DNA of 64,000 nt from Tubulanus polymorphus (lineage: Eukaryota; Animalia; Nemertea). How positions within the stretch are numbered: position 1 is the stretch's first letter; each line of letters opens with the position of its first letter. Both the position numbers and the translations under genes were made by a program. The notes under the pieces were generated by a model that saw nothing but the letters and a program-made list of their open reading frames with translations, made no database searches and was not told where the DNA came from. The stretch covers positions 3,554,131 to 3,618,130 of the forward strand of contig NC_134033.1 of assembly GCF_964204645.1 (NCBI RefSeq), read 5' to 3'. Positions 48,241 to 59,904 of the stretch are shown here, piece after piece.

Positions 48241-50203
48241 AAGGAGGCGAAAGAGAGAAAAATCAAAATAAAACGACAAAGAAGCGAGAATACGAATTTC
48301 GTAGATCGATGAGAGTGTATGGGTAAGCCAGAAATTCCACAAAAGGATCGACCAGTTAACAAACAACACCCACCGATTTGACTGGTATAGATTGATATAT
48401 TCTCTGGCAGGACTTTTTGATATGCAGTTAGAGTGTATATGGGCTAATGTACGTGCAACCAATAACGCTGAATGCGTCACATATTTCACCGTATATTCTA
48501 TTGAGATACAAAAAGTAAAACTGGTTTCCGACAAGGAAGAAAATTATAAAAAAAAAACATATATGAATATTATGCGCGCACTGCGTAATTAGAAGCTCAT
48601 TGAGTAGTAGTTTCTGTGCAGGACGTATTGACTTGCCGCGCAGTATTTACGGATTTATCACACAAACGAGGTATGTTAACTAGATGCCTTGATTTTAAAT
48701 TTCAGTGGTAAAATTGTAGTCATTTTCAGGGATTCTGGAATTGTGGAAACCGAAAGTGATCCTGATTAGGGGAGGGGGGGGGGGGGTGTTTTGATAAAAA
48801 TACCTACAGACAGAATGAGACGGGTTTAAATTATAAGGGTTTAAAGGAACCTGTATTCTTAGTTGAATATCTAAACCATATTTTGAAGGCCACACCGGCT
48901 TGTGTTTTGATTCCTAAATTGTATGACTTTCTGAAGAAACAATTCGGAAAGTTTTGAGGGTCATGAAGGGCTGTCCGTCAGCGAGTGGCTTCTATCAGTT
49001 TTACTCGGTAATATGTTGTCCCCATCAGGTGTTCGCGGACTGATTTGTTCAAAAGTAGTTCTTGAACAATTCTCTTTCGTGGGGGATTTTAGAAAAATAA
49101 ATTTTTCGAGATTTGGGAAATTTTCGGCGATTTAAAAAAAAGAATAATTCTCTAAAAGTGTCGCCGCCTATCAGTGTTTGGGCATTTCAACGACTGTAAG
49201 ACAGCTGTAGAGTCAGAGCGGCTAACTTCGACTAGTTCGCCATCTAGCGGACAGTTAGGTCAGTGGAACAGTCACCAATGAGGCGACCACGCCATAATCT
49301 ATATAGGACTTCATCGTCACTCCACATGTGACGACGCCAGCGAAAGTTGACTATTTCGAAATGAACTGCGCAGTTCGTGGTTTACACTGAATGGGAGCGG
49401 ATCAGAATGATTATCATCAAGCGGGGTTTGAAGTTCATTGTGAGATCCTGTGTGAACAGCGTTACCGAGCCTTTTTTAATAGCTTGGTTTACCGGGTAGA
49501 CCTTTTAGAAAACAATTCCCTTGAGATAAAATCGCTTTTTGGTGGAAGAGCTAGTGAACTGTCGATAGGGCAATAAACGTATGTCCAAACAAATGATTCT
49601 TGGTAAGTTCGAATCCAAGCACGCTGCGATCAAAAAAGAACCTCGCGTTTTTCAATTTTTCTATTCATTTGTTTGCTCATTTTTTTCACTGAATTTGTTC
49701 CACGGACGGCAAGGAAAAAATTTTATTTCTATTTGACATTTCTTCAAATTTCGGAGGCGGTTCCCGTTTACCAAACTATCAAGAAAGGCCTATGGGTTTG
49801 TTAACCGGCACTCTCGCGATATGTGCCGTAATAAACATATATATCTTATATACACGATAACATTACAAGTGTAGAAATGCACTTATGTAACCGGCTGGTC
49901 GTTGTATCGGCAGGCTGGCTTGGGAACAATTATCCCTTTACACCAGCGGTACAGGATTTTATCCATCAGGAACAATAAGGCAGTTAAACCTTTTATGTGC
50001 AATATTAAATGCATCCCGGAATGAGAATGATTATCTTAGTTTTACATAGTCTTTATATACAGAATCATGAGTATCATGTGAGAACTAGTTGTCAGACAAG
50101 TTGTAGACATCAGGACTCACAAACTAACACCTAGTGACATGTTTGATAGACATTAATTAATTAATTATTGATGAGACCGACTAGAGCTAATTACAATGAA
50201 TAC

Positions 50204-50927
50204 GGTTAGCGGTAAAAATCCCTTAGGTAAAATTCCCCTCGGTAAAATTCCCCAATTCTTCAAAGTAAGTAAAACCCCCCTCCGTCTGAATGTAGTGTTA
50301 GTAGATACAATCTTAAGGTCACTTAATTCATATTATTGATACATATCCAATTCATTCATTTTTTACTGTGGAACACCATAAGGATATCGTGAGCATACAA
50401 ACTATAGTAAATACTATTTGAATTAAAACATACTACAAATTAACAGTTCATTAATACTAAATTAGCACCGTACTTAAAATTATCGCAGTTAAAATGAAAG
50501 GGTTCATCGCACATTTCAAATACACTAGCTTGAATCTAAAATATTTCAAATTAAAAGTTCATTATTGCTTATAATTCATGCATGGCATCGCACAGCTCAA
50601 ATAATACCACAAGTTCACAGTTCAAAAATATTCCAGTTCGAATTTTAAGGCCCTATTTACAAATAAAAAGTTCATTATTCTTATTAATTCTAACAATTTA
50701 TTCTATTCTAAGAGTACTTAAAAATTTATCGCAACGAATGATTTCATTGCGCAGTTCAAACATATTTCAGCCTCATTGCAAATAAATAAAATTGAAGAAT
50801 CATTTTGCTTGAAATGTTCTTGAAAATCACCAAGTGGGGATATTTACCTACTTTGAATATTTGGGGATTTTTACCCAGTGGATATTTACCTAAAGGATTT
50901 TTACCCAGGGGATTTTTACCTACAACC
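50204..50927. mobile_element. Non-autonomous TIR element (MULE-like ends with subterminal GGTAAAAATCCC repeats), 724 bp
   Basis: GGTTAGCGGTAAAAATCCC.. / ..GGGATTTTTACCTACAACC; 8-bp TSD ATGAATAC at 50196-50203 and 50928-50935. Confidence 0.8.
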
Positions 50928-51278
50928 ATGAATACATATATTGAGTATATAGTCTATTTAGTTATATCACATCATTATTATCATTTAATTGATTGTTATT
51001 AAGTATATCCTTCAGTAATTAGATGTTAATTTATGAACGTTTCGATATGAAATTGTATGACGGTGACACTTTTAACCGAAATACGTTCAATCGAAATCTA
51101 TTCTATAGATGAATAATGTAAACAGCGGGTTCAATAGAATCACCATGCGAAACCAGTGACTTAATATGAGTAGGCTTAATTGTGAAAAGACTGGACAAAA
51201 AAGATTTGTCGGGGTAAATGTCTGCACTTTTGAGATGAAATGACTGAATTCTAAACTCTGTTTTTCAGTACATCTACT

Positions 51279-51902
51279 ATGGCGGAGACTAATCCGGAAA
51301 TAAATGTAGAAAATGCTGAAATAGTTCAAATCGGTGACAAAATGGCGGAGAGTAATCCAGGAATAAATGCAGAAAATGCTGAAATAGGTCAAATCGGTGA
51401 CAAGATGGCGGAGAGTAATCCGGAAATAAATGTAGAAAATGCTGAAATAGTTCTAATCGGTGACAAAATGGCGGAGAGTAATCCAGGAATAAATGCAGAA
51501 AATGCTGAAAAAGGTCAAATCGGTGACAAAATGGCGGAGAGTATTTCGGAGATAAATGCAGAAAATGCTGAAATAGGTCAAATCGGTGACAAGATGGGGG
51601 AGAGTAATCCAGGAATAAATGCAGAAAATGCTGAAATAGTTCAAATCGGTGACAAGATGGCGGAGAGTAATCCAGGAATAAATGCAGAAAATGCTGAAAT
51701 AGTTCAAATCGGTGACAAGATGGCGGAGAGTAATCCAGGAATAAATGTAGAAAATACTGAAATAGTTCAAATCGGTGACAAGATGGCGGAGAGTAATCCA
51801 GGAATAAATGCAGAAAATGCTGAAATAGTTCAAATCGGTGACAAGATGGCGGAGAGTAATCCAGGGATAAATGTAGAAAATGCTGAAATAGCTCAAATCG
51901 GT
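51279..51902 (+). repeat. Coding minisatellite, 63-bp unit x10
   Basis: MAESNPGINAENAEIVQIGDK repeated with no frameshift or stop. Confidence 0.97.
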
Positions 51903-54900
51903 GCGACTAATACAATAAATTATACAACAATAAATCAGTGCTGCCACCAAGATAAGCAAGGCATCGACAGACCTCCTCAGAATCTAGGTAATTATAGATT
52001 TCATGCATTTAAATTTTGGGCTCAGTTTTAGGGATGTGAATCGAGTCCGAATGTCATTTTAAATCATAAGACTGGTGTCTGACGCAATTGAGATTACTTG
52101 TCTCTCAAGATTCTGAAGTCCGAAATGAACCGGCACCCGATTCTTTTAAATATTAAAAGGAAAATCTTTTAGATTTAACCTGCAATGTAGCCTATGATTG
52201 TATTTTTATTTGGAAAATGAAATATGAAATCAGCATTTATCTGAAGTCGTAAATTCATTTCATTTTACAGATGTTACTCAAGTTCGGGAGTGTCTGGAAG
52301 AAACGTACAAACAAATGATCGATGTTGAATATTACAAAGAGGTTTGGTGGAGCGATAAATTCATAAATTTCCACGACTTCTTCACCAGAGAACACGTGAA
52401 AATTCGACCCCGAAAACGAAATCCGCTGAGATATGAAGAAAGCGAGGAACAATCAGTGATTTTACCCGATGATTTCAAGGAGCTTTTCGCTTATGATCAG
52501 CGCACTATGAAACGCGTATGCCTTGTAGGTGAGCCCGGTATGGGTAAAACAACCCAGATAATAAATCTGGTTTTAAGCTGGACGAGCTCACCGACGGAGT
52601 TTCTAAAGGGGTTTCCTATGTTGTTTTATATACCGTTAAATGATCTTCCCGCTGATAACGCGTGTATTTATAAGTATATTTTCGAAAATCTTTTGAATAA
52701 GAAAATCACAAAGAATCTGCCGGTTGATAGTTTTGAAAACTTCGTACACGACAATGCAGATAAAGCGATATTCTTGCTAGACGGCTTCGACGAGTTGAAA
52801 AACGACGAAGCGAAGAAAGACATCGTGAGTGTGACCAATGAATTAGCGGGAGCGCATATAGTCATAACAACACGTGAGTCCGGGGGCAGCATGATCGTCA
52901 CCAATTCTAAATTTACCATTGCATCGATATCCGGCTTCAAAAGGAAAGAGGTCATCGATATAATGAAGAGGAAATTCCCCCAGCGCGATGCACATCAGCT
53001 ATTCGACCTACTTAGAAGTAAAGCGTCACCTTTATTTCAAAGTAACTACTACAACCCGTTGATACTATACATGTTTTGTTTTCTCTATATGGACGAGGAA
53101 GAAATTACGGTCCCGTCCAAACTCACCGATATCTACATCGATTTGACATGTTTTCTGATCAGTAAACGCGAGGGCATTGATTTGTCATCTGGATGTTTTT
53201 TCGACGACATCGAAAATTCCGAAGCACTTAAACAAATTTGTAAGGTTGCGTACGAGACGCTCATCTCACATCAAAACAGCTTCAGTGAAAATCGTCTCAA
53301 ACCCTACGAATCGAAGTTGACGGCTTTGACGTGCAAAGAGATGTCGCCACGACAGAAATCAGACCGCTCCGTCCAGCTACGATTCATTAACAAATCTGTG
53401 CAAGAATTTCTGGCGGCGGTAGACTCAGTAGTACAATTCAATGAAAGTGGTGAAACACCCTGGAAAAAATGCGCGTTTGATCAACTACCGGACGAACTAG
53501 AAAAATATGGTGAATTATACCCGAGATTCATGGCAGGGCTGCTGCATCGTTACAAGCATAACCGCGGCCTCGGTGAACTTTTCAAGACTTTGATAGATGG
53601 AAATTTAAAAGCATTTACAATATGTGAGGGAGAATACTTGCGTGAATTGGCTTATAGAAATAGTTTCCTAATAGCGCTCGTCCCCGATTACGAACACTTC
53701 ATCGAACTCCAATCCGAAAGCTACGTATTATCTTATGAGTTATCGATCTACCTGAATGAAGCCGACTGGCCGGACGACGCCATCGCCGAAATATTTCAGC
53801 ACATGGGTAAAATGTTAATCGTAGATACATTTAGCAGATTGCAAATAAAAATGCTCGAAAAGATACTCGAACACAAACAATGCCCGATCGAGGTAGTTCA
53901 TATAAGAGATATGGCGAACGAACTGAAACCCGGCGGTTTTTCCGATGGTGAATACCGCACACTAGTAACAGCCATAACGAGAAACACAAGTGTTCAGGGT
54001 ATGATATTCGAGTCGTCGGACAAATATGATCCGTACTTGACGTTGTGCAAGGAGAGCAAGAGTGCTAACTGGTTTGTGTACCTAGATAGAAACAACATTG
54101 GTGTATGTTACAAGAAACTCGAATGTGGATGGTCTAGAACGAGTCGAGTGATAACAACTAAAGATCAGCTGACCAGACTTACCACACAAAATGTAGAAAG
54201 TCTGTTTATTAAAATTTCGAAGTACGGGACGAGATTTTTGGATGATGTTCTGGAACCTCATTCATTTGATTGTGGTTTTGATGAAAAGGGTCGATTGATT
54301 AAACCTGTTGATGAAGATCAGTCTTCCAGATGTGAAGGTGTGGATAGGCTGATCACTAAATGCGGTAGAGTAGCGTTTATTGAAATGACGACGAGATATC
54401 ATCCGATGCATGATGATTTTGATTCCGATTTTTTTGGGAAAAGACTATCGGTTTTATCTGATGATGAAGATCAGTCTTCCAGTAGTGAAAGTCTGGATAG
54501 GATGAGAATTTTTCACGATGATCAGACATCTTATCCATCCCTAAAGCATATCTCTTTTTCGATATCTACCGATAGTCACACATTGGTAAAGATGATTTGG
54601 GTGATGGTAAGGATATTGTCGAACATCGATGTCGAAACAGTTCTGCTCGATCTGGACACACTTACGACAAATCAATCGATAGAATTTAGCGATAGCGTCG
54701 GTTTAATGCCGAAACAAGATCTTTCTTGGTTAGGTCGCGACATTAGCGAATGTCTTAACCACATGTCGAAACTTAAGCACCTTGTCGTAAGAGGATTTGG
54801 TTTATGGTCCTATCAATTTCGGTGGCTGACTGTATTATCAATAGATTTGCGTTCAGAAGCTAATGGCGACGTGCTTGTTAGGTATCTAGAATCAGATGCG

Positions 54901-55224
54901 TCAAATGAACTGCGAGAAGTCGGTATTAGAAACTATTTTGTTGGAACGGAACAGCTCATTGTCATCTTACGACGACTTAAAAACGTTTCATCGCTTCGTA
55001 GGTTAGAGTTGGACGGTTTTTTTCATAGAGCGAGGCCTGATACACAGGACGGTATCGACGAAAACGTCAGAGCAATCGTCGACTTAATCGTCGGATTACT
55101 CTTTAATCTTCCTCAACTATATCACGTGTTTATCGGTTGCCAAAGTGCTATGATTAAAGACTTCGTCAAATCAAAACTTAAGGAAACAGACACACACAGA
55201 ATGAACGTTCATTTAGCGATTTAG
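51279..55224 (+). CDS. NLR-type NACHT protein with N-terminal array of ten RHIM-like repeats and degenerate LRR-like C-terminus (about 1220 aa)
   Basis: Exon 51279-51987 (donor G|GTAATT, phase 1) joins exon 52271-55224 (acceptor ttttacag) in frame: PQNL-D-VTQVRECLEETYKQM. Walker A GEPGMGKTT, Walker B IFLLDGFDE, VITTR, ISGF, NPLIL, FINKSVQEFLAA; C-terminal LKHIS/LKHLVV/LRRLEL motifs. Confidence 0.9.
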
Positions 55225-55865
55225 TTTCCCTGAACGAACAAACAACGAGGGATCCTCTGGACAGAGCAGAGCAGCGCTGATATCAAACTGTAATTCTCAA
55301 TAACCGGGCATGAAACTACACTAAACTTATTTCAGGTTCAACTTTCTAAGTTTATTTCGATGATACTAAGTTTAAACAAATATGTGTTTCATACATTTTT
55401 TTGATACCGTAAGTTTAAGCATTTACATGTCGAGAAAAATAATTGTAGGATGCCACGAGTTATGGATTATGCGAAAAGTTAATTTTCTGAAAGAAAATTC
55501 AACGAAAATCCTCCAGAAAAAATCTTATGGATAATGTATAGCTGCAAAGTAGCGATAACGGGTTTTCTGCAGCGGGCTGTGTAATTATCTAAGATTAGAC
55601 TTTGACTGTCGTATTTGTGTGTGTTCGTATTATAGAAGAATACGCGAATAAACGGAATCAAACTTAACGTTTTAAACCACATACAATAACTCATTGATAT
55701 GTTCATACCTTCTATTCTTTTCAAAATCCTACTTGTCTAACTTAGCATTTATGTAAATTGCTTTTCATGTCAAATATGGGTCATGGTTTCTCTTTCGACT
55801 ATAGTGACACCCAACACTGACTCTGGGTGTTTGTCCTGTTAACGAATTGTAACCATCTTAGCTCT

Positions 55866-56440
55866 GTAACCAATAACAACTTAAGATCAGTCTAAGCTCA
55901 TTTTGGTTCTATAACCAATCTAAAATCTTAAGACCAGTCTAAGCTCACGTTGGTTCCATAACCAATCTAACAACTTAAGATCAGCCTAAGCTCATTTTGG
56001 TTCTATAACCAATCTAAAATCTTAAGACCAGTCTAAGCTCATTTCAGTTCTATAGCCAATCTAACAGCTTCAAACGAGTCTAAGCTCATTTCGGTTCTAT
56101 AACCAATCTAAGCTACTTAAGATCAGCCTAAGCTCACGTTGGTTCTATAACCAATAACAACTTAAGATCAGCCCAAGCTCACGTTGGTTCTATAACCAAT
56201 CTAACAACTTAAGACCAGTCTAAGCTCATTTTGGTTCTATAACCAATCTAACAACTTAAGACCAGTCAAAGTTCATTTTGGTTCTATAACCAATCTAACA
56301 ACTTAAGATCAGCCAAAGCTCACGTTGGTTCTATAACCAATCAAACAACTTAAGACCAGTCTAAGCTCATTTTGGTTCTATAACCAATCTAACAACTTAA
56401 GATCAGTCTAAGCTCACGTTGGTTCTATAACCAATCTAAC
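55866..56440. repeat. 47-bp satellite, about 12 copies, related to the interior of the Harbinger MITE
   Basis: TTAAGACCAGTCTAAGCTCATTTTGGTTCTATAACCAATCTAACAAC. Confidence 0.92.
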
Positions 56441-58231
56441 GATATATCCATTGAAAAATATACATTTTATTCTTTTCAAAATCGTACTTGCCTAACTTAG
56501 TTATAGCATTTGTGTAAATTGCTTTTCTTGTCAAATATGGTTCAAGGTTTCTATTTCGACTAGTGACACTCTGAGCGTTTGTACTCTTAAAGAATTGTAA
56601 CTTTGATAAATCACTAGAAAAATCATTTTATGTATATAAATCTATTAATGTAAATGTCTAGAATCTTTTAGTCATTGAAAAAAACTGCTCAGTCGATACA
56701 TGTAACGAGCTTTTAATTACCTTAGCTTTTTGTGCAGCAAACACCTAGCAAACCTGGTCCGGGAATGCGGGGTCTAAACCATCGAATAGTCCGGTCAAAT
56801 AGGCTTACCGGGAAACTAAGATTTACGGCTCGACGAAGTGAACATGGAAATATTTTGTATCTACGTTTTTCTTGCTCATTGCATGAATGATGGCTATAAA
56901 TACATATAACAGTAAACCTCACCCACTCGGACTTTTGACTAACTCGAACAAAATCGTTTTTTTTTTTACTTCCTATAGTGTGCTTCCTATAGTGTGTTTT
57001 CTTAACTCGCACGTCGCCTATTCCAGATCAATTTTTGCAGCGTCCCAATCCGTGCGAGTTACGCGAGGTTGATATAGTACGTTACATTTCATGTAAAGTT
57101 TACCGAATTATCTACTTGTAAATTGTTAAATGTTCATATCTAAACCTAGCGATAACCTTCCTAGTGAACTTTAATGTAATTGAATCTATACTATTCTATA
57201 TCCACAGAGATGTTGACAAAAACGATATATATTACATTTTATGTTATAATCAAGAATGACGATTACTACTACAAGCTGAAAATGTTCTAATCAGATTTTG
57301 TATATATTAGAATACGAATACAATAAACACGTTTCAATTGCTTATATCATCCTATTTCCGTTGCCATTCATTACCAGAATATTCAGTTTCGCTGGCTCGT
57401 CGCTTCCGACCATCTGAATCCAGTTCCACAGATTTGAGTATGGGTTAACTCCGAGCTTAAACTAGATGATTTAAAATGACTTAACTATTAGTCAAATCTT
57501 AACTCATAACTCTGACTCTGGAACTGCGGGTTTCATGACTAATTAGAACCCCCCTCACCAATCGATACGATACAAAACGTGTTTAACAACACAATTAACT
57601 TTAAAATTTTATTAATGCCTTGAAAAAAAGTAACACACATCACAGGATGTCAGTAACTTGCCTCATAGGAAGATGAGGAGCAAAGCCAGAGGAGCAGCAA
57701 AATGAGAGCAGGGGAAGAGGATCAGCAGGAGCAGGAGGAGATGAACAAGGGGAAGAGGAGAGGAGCAGGGGGAGGAGCACGAGCAGGATCGAATTACAAA
57801 CGTGGGGTGATTCGAAATTATTTTTTAAGTCTCAAGAACCCATACCACCATTTTCGCTAATCCCCTCAGATGAGGTATAACTGCCAAAATCTTTCCGAGA
57901 GTAGAATTCGAATGACGGATAATACAGTCGAAGACCCATTCTTCTTGAGAAAAAAAAAGATATGGCAAATCTCACCCAAACTCAATGAAAATACGACGCC
58001 AAATTCGTTCATTTCAATTTTCAAGCAATCAAATCTAATCGACGGTCAAGAGTTTAACCAACCTTTGAGCAACCGAGATTGAATACTCTTTATCATTGGT
58101 TACAAAGTCGTCTAGGATACTCCTCGTAGGTGGAACGGCTATTGAGGTTGCTTCATGAGGGCTAGTTGCCTCATGTGATTTAAAAGCCCGTACTGCATCG
58201 GTTAACTTTTATAAAGTGCATATTTCAATTG

Positions 58232-58517
<286 letters not shown>

Positions 58518-58592
58518 GGTTAAATCACCAGATAAGCCTTCGCATTACTAAAGATTTTCACTATTTTTGTGTCCTAATTTGTTTTTCCGTTC

Positions 58593-58941
58593 ACTGAGGA
58601 CCTGACGCTCTTGTGGAAATCGAGGATTCCACGTGCGGCAAGCGAGGGTCCTCCAGGTTCGCTAGTGTGCATTCAGACAACAACTCCCGGATTTTTTCTC
58701 AGATTCAATTAAAATGTATCCATAATTTCGTCAATTCTATGAATGGTGCATAAAAATCGTTTTATATATGAATCGTAATGATCAATCCGAGTTTATCAAG
58801 AGGAGTGATTTGCATAATTTCTGATGAAGGAGGCTAAAAATCTAGATGAAAGTTCATCGAAAATGAACTAGATTTTGACAGGGTTGTCGCACTGCAATAC
58901 ACCGCCAACTAGCGGGATAGCTGGTGGCACGAAATCCTCAT
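58593..58941. mobile_element. Diverged relative of the GGGGTACCC MITE (another partial copy at about 63763-64000)
   Basis: GTGG.AATCGAGGATTCCAC..GCGAGG.TCC.CCAGGTTC.CTAG ... GAAAATGAACTA ... CGGGATAGCTGG shared with 27650-27995. Confidence 0.65.
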
Positions 58942-59256
58942 TTTCAAGACATAAGTCAACGACATAATGATCGTCCAAGCTATGACGACTTACGCACGTT
59001 TTACTGTAATCCGATTTTAACCGAACTCCTTTGGTACAAAGTAAAAGGAAAGAAACAACAAAAACTCAAGAAATATTTCTAAGAATCTGATTTTATATGA
59101 TCTGTGATGTTAACACAAGCAGCACATATCAATAGAATGAGAATAACAATATAATTAAGATTAGTTCTTGGTGGATGGAAAATAATTAGTCATAACATAG
59201 TTAATTATATGATTTGAATACAAAATGTACAAACAAACAATTGAGACACATTATAC

Positions 59257-59589
59257 CATCCCCCTTCGGCAGGGATTCGAACCTGATGGCATCGATGCAC
59301 TCAGCCACGGCACGAACCCCTGCCACAGTAGACCGGGTGCGCCGCTACATACAGGTTTACAACAATAAAATTTGCGGCACCAATCAGATTGCTCGTTGTA
59401 AAATCGCTGAGGCAAATTTCACGGAAGAACTATAAATGGGAAAACCCGAGCTAAAATAAAACGGGATATCTGATTGGCTAATAATGACATCATCTCTGCT
59501 GCGCATGTAGCTGCGCACTCGGTCTAGTGTGGCAGGGTTTCGTGGCAATCTCGACGCCATCAGGTTCGAACTCCTGCCGGGGGAGGATG
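59257..59589. mobile_element. Element with about 80-bp inverted arms resembling tRNA/SINE heads
   Basis: Right arm GCGCACTCGGTCTAGTGTGGCAGG..CATCAGGTTCGAACTCCTGCCG; the left arm is its diverged reverse complement. Confidence 0.65.
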
Positions 59590-59904
59590 CATTTTACAGA
59601 CCCCTAGCCATATGACTACTAAACGGTGAGTAGCTCACTAAAAAGTATAGCAATTCTGGAATATTTTAAAAATTTCCGAAGCTGCTTATACGGCTAGTCA
59701 TTGAACACGTTTTGCATTGAACCATGAAAACATGTGCCTTCAAAATGTAGAATAGAAAAATATTTACTTTTACAAAAATAAAACCGATATCACAGACGCT
59801 TTAACAATGGTTGAATAATTATAAGAATACATCGTTAAATTGAATAAGATATTTAGATATAAGTAGTTATGATTTCCGACTTTTAAGACTCTGATTATGT
59901 ACGA

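Noticed and set aside
49100-49390. IRF/NF-kB-like motifs in the putative NLR promoter
   Set aside because: Only partial matches, expected by chance in AT-rich DNA.
51279-51902. 63-bp (and 47-bp, 110-bp) arrays as CRISPR arrays
   Set aside because: Head-to-tail repeats with no unique spacers, no cas genes, eukaryotic context.
51087-51959. Minus-strand ORFs of 101 and 168 aa
   Set aside because: Antisense shadows of the 63-bp coding repeat.
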